51,807 bases of DNA from Candidatus Thorarchaeota archaeon (GTDB lineage: Archaea; Asgardarchaeota; Thorarchaeia; Thorarchaeales; Thorarchaeaceae): positions 1,790,688 through 1,842,494 of the forward strand of contig CP070658.1 in the NCBI GenBank assembly GCA_020355105.1, in the 5' to 3' direction. The notes under the pieces were generated by a model. That model was not told the origin of the DNA. It worked only from the letters and a program-made list of their open reading frames with translations, and ran no database searches. Made by a program: the position numbers and the translations under genes. Below are positions 9,037 through 17,414 of this stretch, one piece after another (position 1 is the stretch's first letter; each line of letters begins with the position of its first letter).

Positions 9037-10275
9037 TTACTTCGAAACTCGACGGAGAAAGTGCTTCAAAGGGGTCGAGTTGACACAGTCAGATTCTATT
9101 GTCCGTCTGATTGCTGGCTCAGCTTCAGGACATTTACTGAACACGTTGTCCAAGGCGTCCAAGACAGAACGGACTACCCATTCATCCTTTCGTCGACATA
9201 GAGTTTCTGCAAGTGTTAGAACAGAAGACTCGTTGTAGAAGTTTCCAAGAGAGTTGATGGCCGGTGTTACTATCCGAGAATCATCAAGCTTCACCAGCTT
9301 CTGGAAAGCCATTATTGAGTCCAAAGTGCGAATTGCGACATGAGTGTTCATGCACTCAAGCATGTAGCGATAGTCCTCACTAGATAGTGACTCCTGATAC
9401 TGGCCTACGGAGCTCTCGAGCATGGCAGTCAGATTGGGAACCGAATGTCTACTGGCAAGTGAACATAGGCCCTCTAAGTCTTGCTTGATCATGAACTGCA
9501 GAAGACTCGCATACAGAGAGTTTGACGGTGTAGGACTCTCTTGGGGAGAAGGTGATTCATCATCAGAGAGCTGGATTCCCCTTTTGATTGTCGGTGATAC
9601 TTGTATTACTGATAATACCATGTCGAGTTGATCCTCAGTAACTGATGCTTGAACTCCCAGCTCTGAGAGGGCTTTCCGGCCATAGTCTGAATGCCACAGT
9701 GATGTGACATCAATTCTGTCTTCTTGCTTCCTGAGCCTGAGGCCTGTCATCTCTTTGAGTCTGACAGACTCGATTTTTGCAACTAGCTCCTCAGATATCT
9801 GAGTGGGAAACGCCGGAAAGTCAAAGAAGAGTGTGTCGCCTGCATCAATCTGTTTCAAGGATAGCTCTTGGATATGCCTGATGAAGGACTGAGATGCCGT
9901 GACCAATGATTCTTCCTTCTCCAGTCTTCGTAGAAGGCTCACTGTGTCGGGCTTGACAGGTTCGAAGCCACTGGCCGAAAGAAGATGAAAGACCATCTCT
10001 CGGTACTTGATGGGTTCAACCTGTGTTCGTATCTTGCCGAAGCTTGCGGGGGTGACATACTCCGCGCTTGCCGCCATGATCAAGTATTGAACTACAGCGT
10101 CCCACCCTTCCTCACTCTCGACGGTCGCGACCATGTCAAGCAGGTCTCTGCTTCTTCGTTCTCCAATGGCGTCAGAGAACTGGATGACATGCTGCTCCTT
10201 CTCACTCTCAGCCGCCTTTTCTCGGAGAGCCTTTACGAACCATCTGTCATTCTTCTCGTCAGCCAAAGGTGTCAC
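9037..10275 (-). CDS. Hypothetical protein (helical, HEAT-like C-terminus)
   Basis: 412-aa ORF with a GTG start. I recognise no diagnostic motif. Confidence 0.5.
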   Translation of the reverse strand: MTPLADEKNDRWFVKALREKAAESEKEQHVIQFSDAIGERRSRDLLDMVATVESEEGWDAVVQYLIMAASAEYVTPASFGKIRTQVEPIKYREMVFHLLSASGFEPVKPDTVSLLRRLEKEESLVTASQSFIRHIQELSLKQIDAGDTLFFDFPAFPTQISEELVAKIESVRLKEMTGLRLRKQEDRIDVTSLWHSDYGRKALSELGVQASVTEDQLDMVLSVIQVSPTIKRGIQLSDDESPSPQESPTPSNSLYASLLQFMIKQDLEGLCSLASRHSVPNLTAMLESSVGQYQESLSSEDYRYMLECMNTHVAIRTLDSIMAFQKLVKLDDSRIVTPAINSLGNFYNESSVLTLAETLCRRKDEWVVRSVLDALDNVFSKCPEAEPAIRRTIESDCVNSTPLKHFLRRVSK

Positions 10276-10337
10276 CTGGACAGCTAGTTAGAACCCAATG
10301 AAACCGATAAGACTTGTTTGTGAGTCTTCGTATTGTT

Positions 10338-10346
10338 TGTATTACA
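10338..10346. repeat. TGTAWTACA palindrome copy 5
   Basis: Lies in the spacer between the minus-strand genes 10353-10913 and 9037-10275. Confidence 0.6.
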
Positions 10347-10352
10347 GAATGA

Positions 10353-10913
10353 TTAGCCCCGCTCCGTCATAGGCTTACGTCTTGAGAGCTCGGATTTGAG
10401 AGCCATTGACGAGGTGAGTTCTTCTAGTGCAGAGAGTATAGTTTCCTCAACCAAGCGGTAGCTCTCCATGTCCTCCTTTGAAAGCGTCTTCTTACCAGAG
10501 AGTACTTCGCGAACCCTCCTATAGTCGCCTATCCTTGATGCTATCTCCTCGAAAGGACGGAAAAGGGTGAGATCAAACAGACCAAGGTAAGCTAGGAGAA
10601 GCATTGTATAGAAACAGCGTGTCACATTCCTTCTTGCCTGCCTAAGAGTTCGATTGAATGAACCTCGAGTGACACCACTCTTTCTGCTTCCTGACCTCGA
10701 CCTAAATGTGGCTTTGTCGTCATATGGAACATGGTCACCATATTCCCCCTCTACAACAAGATCGATCAGAAGAGTTTCAAGCTGCACTGTAGTCAGGACT
10801 GACTGGTCAAGTAAGGCCTTCAATATCGGTTCTTTCAAGACTTGACGAGTAGAGCTAGCAAGTCGCTTGATTGAAGCCCCGTCTTTTTGTGAACCGGATT
10901 CTGTCGGGTTCAT
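10353..10913 (-). CDS. Hypothetical protein with a possible sigma-70 region-4/LuxR-like HTH
   Basis: LTTVQLETLL...GVTRGSFNRTLRQARRNV resembles the LT..Q...L / S.gtv...l.rAr..l HTH signature, with a large insert. Confidence 0.45.
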   Translation of the reverse strand: MNPTESGSQKDGASIKRLASSTRQVLKEPILKALLDQSVLTTVQLETLLIDLVVEGEYGDHVPYDDKATFRSRSGSRKSGVTRGSFNRTLRQARRNVTRCFYTMLLLAYLGLFDLTLFRPFEEIASRIGDYRRVREVLSGKKTLSKEDMESYRLVEETILSALEELTSSMALKSELSRRKPMTERG

Positions 10914-11120
10914 TCTATGATTCCTCCAAGGTCCTGCATGAGATTGAATCCGTTAGATTGGCGCTCTTTGGAGAAGCCCTCATAACTCCGGAAATCGCCC
11001 AAGGAGCGTTATGAGGATTCTTTCCTTTGAGAGGGCGCGGAGGTGCTGTACGGATACAATTCTGTATACACGACAATGTAATAGGTGGCTTAAATGCTCT
11101 CCTAGGGGGAAAAGCGGGGA

Positions 11121-11534
11121 TTATCTCGATCGAAGTTTCCATTGTGCCTCAGGTGACATCAAAACGAATCCCAGAATCAGGTTGCCACGGATCTCGTCAA
11201 ACTTGAAGACCCCAAACACATGCCTACTCTTCATGGTTTCCCATTCTACACGGCCCCTCATGAGGTAATGCTGAAAGATAGCGCGACACCGTTTTCGGAC
11301 GTTTGTGAATAGGTTCCTGTATCGTTTGCGTTGTGACGGTCTTATTCCCCACCTCTCAAGGATGAATCTGTTCGCAAGACTGTTACTCGAGATGAGAATT
11401 GAGTTTTGCTTCTTCTTGAGTTTGGATGCTGAATCGAGAAGTATGTTTCTGAAACAATCAGGAACGGTAGCGAGAATGGACGGTGTCACATGGGGCTCGA
11501 AGAGCCTAGGTGGGATATCGTCAAAGGCGTGCAA
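11121..11534 (-). CDS. Hypothetical protein (weak)
   Basis: 137-aa ORF with a TTG start. It carries an RKRYRNLFTNVRKRCRAIF segment loosely similar to the ORF at 10353-10913. Confidence 0.3.
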   Translation of the reverse strand: MHAFDDIPPRLFEPHVTPSILATVPDCFRNILLDSASKLKKKQNSILISSNSLANRFILERWGIRPSQRKRYRNLFTNVRKRCRAIFQHYLMRGRVEWETMKSRHVFGVFKFDEIRGNLILGFVLMSPEAQWKLRSR

Positions 11535-11631
11535 GTTGATTCACTGATTTGTCGGCCAGTTCTGCTTAAGAGGTCCTATACAGTCCAGTCTTTTCCACGG
11601 TACCTGGTACCATGAAACATGAGCTTGGCAC

Positions 11632-14031
11632 GTGCTAGTTCATTGGATTAATATTGAGAGTCAACACGGGACACGACGGGGCCTAGACTCCTTGAAACAG
11701 AGAGCCGACATTCACGTGAAGGGTATAGTTCAAGGAGTGGGATTCAGGCCTTTCGTCTATCGGCTGGCTTGTGATTTATCCCTGGTAGGATACGTTCTGA
11801 ATCTTGGTGATGCCGGGGTTCGCATAGTAGTTGAAGGAGAACGTGAGGATATCGACAGACTAATCGAACAGCTTCGTACGAGCCCTCCATCAATCTCACG
11901 AGTTGACTACGTGGATGTTGCGTGGGACAAGTTCAGTGACGCCTTCAGCTCGTTCTCAATCGAGAAGTCCTCCCAAGTTAGAGCTTCGCATTCAGCACCA
12001 CAATTGCCACCGGACGTAGTCATATGTGATGATTGCATCACAGAGATGAGGAATCCGGAATCCAGGTGGTACTTGTATCCGTTCACTTCCTGTGCTGCAT
12101 GTGGACCGAGATTCTCTACCATCACAGACCTTCCATACGACCGTCCAAACACCACAATGATAGACTTCCCTCTCTGTGATACTTGTAATACGGGTTATAC
12201 AAGCCCCTTGGATCGAAGGTATCATGCACAGACAACAGCATGTCAGGACTGCGGCCCAAGCTATAGACTGCTAGACTCTTCCGGCGACGCTGTAATAGAG
12301 AAGGATCCGATTGAACATACTTCACGACTCTTAGAGAAAGGAGCAATAGTCGCAATCCAAGGAATTGGGGGAACACATCTTGTCACAAAGACAAGTGACT
12401 CAGATCCGATCCGGGTTCTCAGAGAGAGAAAAAGAAGAATTCAACGTCCCTTTGCAATTATGGTACGAGATCAGCTCTCTTTGAACAAGTTTGCAGCTTT
12501 CACAGAAAGCGAGTTTCAGTTCCTGAAGTCCTGGCGCCGGCCAATAGTGCTCGTGAAGAAACGCTCACTGAGTGAGAATGTCCCAGTTGCAGCACTGGAT
12601 AAAATCTCACCAGGATTGGACACAGTAGGAGTCATGCTTCCGTATGCCCCACTACATCATCTCTTGTTCGACAACCTTGATGAGATTGCATTAGTAATGA
12701 CCAGTGCCAACCCCACTGGAATGCCCATGTTCATAGACCCTGATACTATCACTAGTGAGCTCAAGGGTATTGCAGACTACTTCCTTCTCCATGACCGACG
12801 AATCCACCAGAGGGTTGATGATTCTGTGGTCAAATTCGTGACCGAAGAGAACCCTGTGTTCATTAGGCGAAGCAGAGGGTGGGTACCCGAACCTTTGCCA
12901 GTAGAAGGAATCTCTTCCGACCTGAACTTCCTTGGGGTTGGACCTGAGGAGAAGTCAGTAGGAGCGGTCTTGAAGTCAGGAAATGTATACCTAACTCAGT
13001 ATATCGGGGATACTGACCGAGTTGAGAACATCAAATTCCTGGAGAACGCCATCAGACACCTGATGCACTTACTTGGAGTAACGAGTCCTGACGGCATAGC
13101 CTGTGACTTGCATCCCGAGTTTCTGAGCACTGAGCTGGCAGAGAGATTGTCCGATAAGATGAAGATTCCATTAGTTCGTGTCCAACATCATCATGCGCAC
13201 CTAGCAAGTATCATTGCAGATTCCAAACTCAATCCCGATACTCGTATTGTTTGTATTACAGCGGATGGGTATGGGTACGCACCTGACGGAAATGGTTGGG
13301 GAGGTGATGTGCTCGTCGGAGATATGCGTGACTTCTCTAGAGAAGGTGGTCTGACTACTAAGAAGTATCCAGGAGGAGATCTTTCAGCAAGGTTTGCCGC
13401 ACGATCCCTTGTTGGGATATTGGGTGATTCGATGCAGGTGGAAGACATTGCAGACCTTGCATCGGGTTCTTACCTATCTAGGAACAGCAGTGCGACCGAG
13501 AAGTCGCTTTCACTTCTCTTCGACGCTAGAAGACGAGAAGTAAACTTGCTCAGGAGTACAAGCACAGGAAGGTTTCTGGATGCTGTCGCATTGGTATTGG
13601 GAATTTGTTCTGAGAACTCATACGATGCTGAGTGTCCGATGAAACTCGAAGCTGTAGCTCGAAAAACGGATATCTCTATGGACAGGACCTACCTTTCAAC
13701 AGATGGCACTCTTGAATTGGATACTACTGAGTCACTAATGCAGGTACTCAATCTCAAGAAGCAGGGTGCTTCAGTTCCTGAGATTGCATATTCAGCACAA
13801 CACCATGTAGGAACGGCACTTGCAGAGATAGCATGCAAGACTGCTGAGAATGAAGGGCTGGTTTATGTAGGATTCTCGGGAGGCGTTGCCTTGAATCGAA
13901 TTATCACAAGGGCAGTCATCGATGAGATTCAAGCTCATGGACTACAGCCACTCATTCACAGGCAAACTCCCCCTGGAGATGGAGGCATATCTGCTGGACA
14001 AGTCCTTGTCTGCAATGCTCATCTACAATAG
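11632..14031 (+). CDS. hypF: [NiFe]-hydrogenase maturation carbamoyltransferase HypF
   Basis: Acylphosphatase motif VQGVGFRPFV, two CxxC...CxxC zinc-finger pairs, a YrdC-like region, and a Kae1-like C-terminus (ITADGYGYAPDGNGWGGDVL). Confidence 0.95.
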   Translation: MLVHWINIESQHGTRRGLDSLKQRADIHVKGIVQGVGFRPFVYRLACDLSLVGYVLNLGDAGVRIVVEGEREDIDRLIEQLRTSPPSISRVDYVDVAWDKFSDAFSSFSIEKSSQVRASHSAPQLPPDVVICDDCITEMRNPESRWYLYPFTSCAACGPRFSTITDLPYDRPNTTMIDFPLCDTCNTGYTSPLDRRYHAQTTACQDCGPSYRLLDSSGDAVIEKDPIEHTSRLLEKGAIVAIQGIGGTHLVTKTSDSDPIRVLRERKRRIQRPFAIMVRDQLSLNKFAAFTESEFQFLKSWRRPIVLVKKRSLSENVPVAALDKISPGLDTVGVMLPYAPLHHLLFDNLDEIALVMTSANPTGMPMFIDPDTITSELKGIADYFLLHDRRIHQRVDDSVVKFVTEENPVFIRRSRGWVPEPLPVEGISSDLNFLGVGPEEKSVGAVLKSGNVYLTQYIGDTDRVENIKFLENAIRHLMHLLGVTSPDGIACDLHPEFLSTELAERLSDKMKIPLVRVQHHHAHLASIIADSKLNPDTRIVCITADGYGYAPDGNGWGGDVLVGDMRDFSREGGLTTKKYPGGDLSARFAARSLVGILGDSMQVEDIADLASGSYLSRNSSATEKSLSLLFDARRREVNLLRSTSTGRFLDAVALVLGICSENSYDAECPMKLEAVARKTDISMDRTYLSTDGTLELDTTESLMQVLNLKKQGASVPEIAYSAQHHVGTALAEIACKTAENEGLVYVGFSGGVALNRIITRAVIDEIQAHGLQPLIHRQTPPGDGGISAGQVLVCNAHLQ
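13252..13260. repeat. TGTAWTACA palindrome copy 6 (inside the hypF coding sequence)
   Basis: Part of a 20-nt exact repeat shared with the copy 5 region. Confidence 0.5.
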
Positions 14032-14060
14032 CAGCCTAAGTTACATGCTTGGAAGGGATC

Positions 14061-14681
14061 TCACATCAGCTCTTGAACAGTAGACATTCCGAGCTCGAGC
14101 GCTTTGATATTGGTTGATTCGTACTTCTTTGGAAATGCTGAACGTACTGCCTTGACAGCTGTATCCTTGTCTATTGGTGTCACTCCTGTCCCAAGGATTC
14201 CACCGAGCATGACCATGTTGAGAGCCATAGAACTTCCTGCTTGTTTTGCAAGTTCCATTGCATCAATCTCCATGATGCAGTCTGTGAACTTCTTCATGGA
14301 TTTGGTGATCTCTTCATGTGGTGGGTATTCTGCCTTACCCATGGAAACGGCTACTGGATATTGGACATGCGAGCTCATCAGAACGCATCCGTTCTCTGCA
14401 ACGATATGAATCTCCCTTAGTGTTTCAATCGGCTCGAAGCCAACGAGTAGATGAGCAGAACCTGGATCCACAATCGGTCCTCGTGCGTCATCTCCAATCC
14501 TGACTGTGCACATCACATGTCCGCCCCGCTGGGCCATTCCATGAATCTCGCCGACACGTACATTGTAATCTGCAGCTAGTGCGGCCTTGGCGAGTATCTC
14601 AGCCAAAGTCAGGACACCTTGACCTCCAACACCAGCAATGGCTACGGTGATTGTATTACTATTATTACCGGACATTCTCAT
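14061..14681 (-). CDS. iorB: Indolepyruvate:ferredoxin oxidoreductase beta subunit
   Basis: Contains IAGVGGQGVLT...GEIHGMAQRGG. The start is placed at the ATG that forms an ATGA overlap with the iorA stop and is preceded by GGAGGA. Confidence 0.9.
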   Translation of the reverse strand: MRMSGNNSNTITVAIAGVGGQGVLTLAEILAKAALAADYNVRVGEIHGMAQRGGHVMCTVRIGDDARGPIVDPGSAHLLVGFEPIETLREIHIVAENGCVLMSSHVQYPVAVSMGKAEYPPHEEITKSMKKFTDCIMEIDAMELAKQAGSSMALNMVMLGGILGTGVTPIDKDTAVKAVRSAFPKKYESTNIKALELGMSTVQELM

Positions 14682-16570
14682 GCATCCTCCTGCTTGATTG
14701 CTCCTTGAGGACAAACGTCTGTGCAGGTTCCACAGAGATTACACAGGGTTTCTTCAATCACAGCCTTCTCAGTTTCAGATTCAAGATACATGGCAGGACA
14801 AGACAGTCGATTCAGGCACCGTTTGCATGCATTGCACAGTTCGGAGTCCACATAGTACTTCGGCGGGTATTCTCCCGTCCTGCGTCGTTCGGCTGCCGTT
14901 AGAAGGGCACAGGGTGCCACCGACACCATTACTGCTGGGGCCTGATTCTCTCGTACCCAAGTTACCATCTCTCGGACATCAGCTACTAACTTTGCCATCG
15001 GGCCGAATGGATCTACGGACTTCACGTATTCCACGCCAAGTCCCTTGCAAGCCTCTGCTATGTCCAGAGGAGGCACCTCTTCCCGCATTCCTGTGACCCC
15101 TGTTCCAGGGTGGGGCTGATGGCCAGTCATTGCAGTGGTTCGATTGTCAAGTACAACTAAACTGATTGGATGTCTATTATACACTGCATTGGCTATCCCA
15201 GGAAGTCCGGATGCGAAGAAGGTGCTATCACCTATCGTAGCCACGACATCCTGGTCTGTTACGCGAGCTATGCCACATGCGGTGGTAATCGATGAACCCA
15301 TGTCAAATAGGATATCGGCCGTTTCCAGAGGAGGTGCAATGCTCAGAGTGTAGCAACCTATATCTGAGGGGTATATTGCCTTGCCACGCGTGGCTGATCT
15401 GATGGCATAGTAAGTGGCTCTGTGGGGACAACCTGCACAGAGTAGCGGAGGTCTTGGGGGTAGTTCTGGAAGCTCCTTCACCTTCTTGTCTATGGCCGTC
15501 CAGTTGATACTCGTACTACGACCAGTCACTTTCGACAGAGCTTCAATTACAATGCGCGGACTGTATTCGTAAGTACGTGTAAAGTATCCTTGTTCCTTTC
15601 CCAGAACCTCGACGTCAATCTCCTTCAATTGAGCAATGCGTCGCGCATGTGTTTCTAGGAAGGGCTCGAGCTCTTCAACTACAATGGTCTTCTTGTGACG
15701 TTTCAGGAAATTGGCGATTGTCTTCTCAGGTACCGGATGTGTCATGCCAAGTTTCAGAACCTCTGCGTCCAGTTCCAGTGTAGTGAGAGCTTCAAGCACA
15801 TAGTTGTATGACACACCGCTCGTGATGATTCCAAGTTCTCCCTTGCCATGAAGGAAGTTCAAAGACGTTAACTCGGATATCTTCGCAGCTTTCTTCATTA
15901 GCTCCAGAAGTATCGGATGTCGCTTCTTTGCTACTGCAGGAACTGGTACAAACCGATACGGCTCCTTCTCGAACTCGACTGTGTCCGGTCTTTCTCTGAT
16001 TCTTCCAAAGTCGACCGGAGCTCTAGTATGATTCACGCGTGTGGTAGTCCTGAGAAGTACAGGTAGTTCGAGCTTCTCTGAGATTTCGTAGGCCTCCAGT
16101 AGGATTGACTTAGCCTCAGCTGGGTCAGCCGGTTCAACCATTGGCATGTTTCCCATTAGAGCATAGTATCTACTGTCATTCTCATTCTGAGAGCTCCACA
16201 TGCTTGGATCATCAGCAACCACTATTACCATACCAGCACGTACGCCAGTGTATGCAAGTGAAAAGAACGGGTCGGCAGCGACGTTCAGACCTGGTCCCTT
16301 GCAGACCATCATGGATCTCACACCTGCCACAGCGGCGGCTCCTGCTACTTCAAGTGCCACCTTCTCGTTAGCACTGAACTCGAAATAGAAGTTGGGGATG
16401 TGAGGTGCCATGAAGGTGAGATTGTTACCTATCTCACTACTTGGAGTACCAGGATATAATGCAACGAGCCGAACTCCGGCCTCAAGGACTCCCCGTGCAA
16501 TAGCCTCATTTGCCAAGAGTAGAACTCTCTTACCGATGGTGTCTTCTAGCAATTCCTCAGCCTTTGTCAA
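14678..16570 (-). CDS. iorA: Indolepyruvate:ferredoxin oxidoreductase alpha subunit
   Basis: Contains LLANEAIARGVLEAGV, the TPP-binding region GDSTFF.SG, and a C-terminal 2x[4Fe-4S] pattern (C..C..C...CP twice). The start is placed at TTG 16570, which follows GGAGG by 9 nt. The ORF track extends to a GTG at 16687. Confidence 0.9.
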   Translation of the reverse strand: MTKAEELLEDTIGKRVLLLANEAIARGVLEAGVRLVALYPGTPSSEIGNNLTFMAPHIPNFYFEFSANEKVALEVAGAAAVAGVRSMMVCKGPGLNVAADPFFSLAYTGVRAGMVIVVADDPSMWSSQNENDSRYYALMGNMPMVEPADPAEAKSILLEAYEISEKLELPVLLRTTTRVNHTRAPVDFGRIRERPDTVEFEKEPYRFVPVPAVAKKRHPILLELMKKAAKISELTSLNFLHGKGELGIITSGVSYNYVLEALTTLELDAEVLKLGMTHPVPEKTIANFLKRHKKTIVVEELEPFLETHARRIAQLKEIDVEVLGKEQGYFTRTYEYSPRIVIEALSKVTGRSTSINWTAIDKKVKELPELPPRPPLLCAGCPHRATYYAIRSATRGKAIYPSDIGCYTLSIAPPLETADILFDMGSSITTACGIARVTDQDVVATIGDSTFFASGLPGIANAVYNRHPISLVVLDNRTTAMTGHQPHPGTGVTGMREEVPPLDIAEACKGLGVEYVKSVDPFGPMAKLVADVREMVTWVRENQAPAVMVSVAPCALLTAAERRRTGEYPPKYYVDSELCNACKRCLNRLSCPAMYLESETEKAVIEETLCNLCGTCTDVCPQGAIKQEDA

Positions 16571-16693
16571 GTATCTAGCCTCCGATCTCTCCAAGACATG
16601 TAGGACAAATCGACCGAAGAGAGTATCGTGTATCAACCTTGTGGTATTGGAAAACGTAGTGATTCTGATTATAGACCAATGAAACACAAATTC

Positions 16694-16702
16694 TGTATTA
16701 CA
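16694..16702. repeat. TGTAWTACA palindrome copy 7
   Basis: Lies upstream of iorA, 32 nt from the first origin-flanking palindrome. Confidence 0.6.
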
Positions 16703-16733
16703 ATTATTACCACACGCGGATGCCTTTACTATA

Positions 16734-16749
16734 GAACACGTGTTCTAAT
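16734..16749. repeat. GAACACGTGTTCTAAT (first 12 nt are a perfect palindrome), copy 1
   Basis: Exact 16-mer, identical to 16960-16975. Confidence 0.9.
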
Positions 16750-16785
16750 CATGCCCCAGTCATACTCAGATATTATGGGACAACA

Positions 16786-16806
16786 CCCCTTCATTTCCAC
16801 TGGAAC
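16786..16806 (-). promoter_or_regulatory. Origin recognition box (ORB) a
   Basis: The reverse complement reads GTTCCAGTGGAAATGAAGGGG, giving the dyad TCCAGTGGA, GGAAA and a G-string. Confidence 0.8.
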
Positions 16807-16925
16807 TGATCTATGGTGTTTTCACGGCGGGTACTACCAATACCATAAAAAATGGAGATAAACCACAGCTTACGAAACAGCTATTTATACTTTCCGACAT
16901 CGAAACGTATCGCCAATCAAATGAA
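16807..16925. other. A/T-rich spacer between the inverted ORBs (candidate duplex unwinding element)
   Basis: Contains ATAAAAAATGGAGATAAA and CTATTTATACTTT, plus three GAAAC half-site-like pentamers. Confidence 0.55.
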
Positions 16926-16946
16926 TTTCTACTGGAAACGAAGGGG
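16926..16946 (+). promoter_or_regulatory. Origin recognition box (ORB) b
   Basis: Reads TTTCTACTGGAAACGAAGGGG. It matches ORB a at 17 of 21 positions and is inverted relative to it. Confidence 0.75.
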
Positions 16947-16959
16947 TTATGTTGTTTTG

Positions 16960-16975
16960 GAACACGTGTTCTAAT
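16960..16975. repeat. GAACACGTGTTCTAAT, copy 2
   Basis: Exact 16-mer repeat of 16734-16749. Confidence 0.9.
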
Positions 16976-17393
16976 ACTCCGGTAATTCGCCCAGGACTTC
17001 GTAGACGCGGAGAACCAGAATGTCTGTGTAGGAGAAGAAGAGCTGATCGAACAACGACTTGAAGGTACTGGGCACAAGAATCGCTGAATCCGCTACTGCC
17101 TCAGCCCCCTCGCACTGATCAATAAGTCCTGGCTTCTTCTTTTGGCGAATTCCACTCTTTGTCTTCCAAGAGTACACATACCCGTGAAGCTCTTTCGTGA
17201 AACAAACTCTCCGAGCATTAGTCTGGCGCGCACGCTTGCAGTCATAGATGTAGAGGAAACTCGGTGCCAACTCAATCGACCATAGTTGGAACACATGTTC
17301 TGATTCTTTAGACTGAGTAATACCTGAATAAAGGATGGAAAGGTTAAAGCGTACGAAGAATTCCACACGGCGTGCCTCGAAGCATCGATTCAC
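16971..17393 (-). CDS. Hypothetical protein adjacent to the origin (weak call, start uncertain)
   Basis: The ORF track gives 16971..17483, but that overlaps the 17415 (+) gene. An in-frame GTG lies at 17393. I recognise no motif. Confidence 0.3.
   Translation of the reverse strand: MNRCFEARRVEFFVRFNLSILYSGITQSKESEHVFQLWSIELAPSFLYIYDCKRARQTNARRVCFTKELHGYVYSWKTKSGIRQKKKPGLIDQCEGAEAVADSAILVPSTFKSLFDQLFFSYTDILVLRVYEVLGELPEY
17289..17300. repeat. GAACACATGTTC, one-mismatch third copy of the palindrome
   Basis: Read directly. It lies 115 nt upstream of the LKR start codon. Confidence 0.6.
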
Positions 17394-17414
17394 AAACGAG
17401 GCGGGAGAGATCGC

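Larger units (their letters stand above)
16734..16975. other. Candidate replication origin (oriC): inverted ORB pair, A/T-rich spacer and flanking 16-bp repeats
   Basis: See the component features and the corresponding finding. Confidence 0.75.

Noticed and set aside
8043-9619. Near-identical 18-mers TGTATTACT[A/G]ATAATACC inside acdA (8043-8060) and the 412-aa ORF (9602-9619), with similar strings at ~14651 and ~16694
   Set aside because: One or two 17-of-18 matches are expected by chance in a 52-kb window when both orientations are counted. These copies are in coding sequence and lack the full TGTAWTACA dyad, so I did not count them as motif copies.
16571-16687. N-terminal 39-aa extension of iorA in the ORF track (GTG at 16687)
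   Set aside because: The extension has no similarity to IorA N-termini. A TTG at 16570 is preceded by GGAGG and gives the usual short leader before LL.NEAIARG.
16734-16745. GAACACGTGTTC as a LexA/DinR SOS (Cheo) box, GAAC-N4-GTTC
   Set aside because: The sequence formally fits the Gram-positive LexA consensus. However, every informational gene in the window is archaeal and archaea lack LexA, so the resemblance is taken as coincidental.
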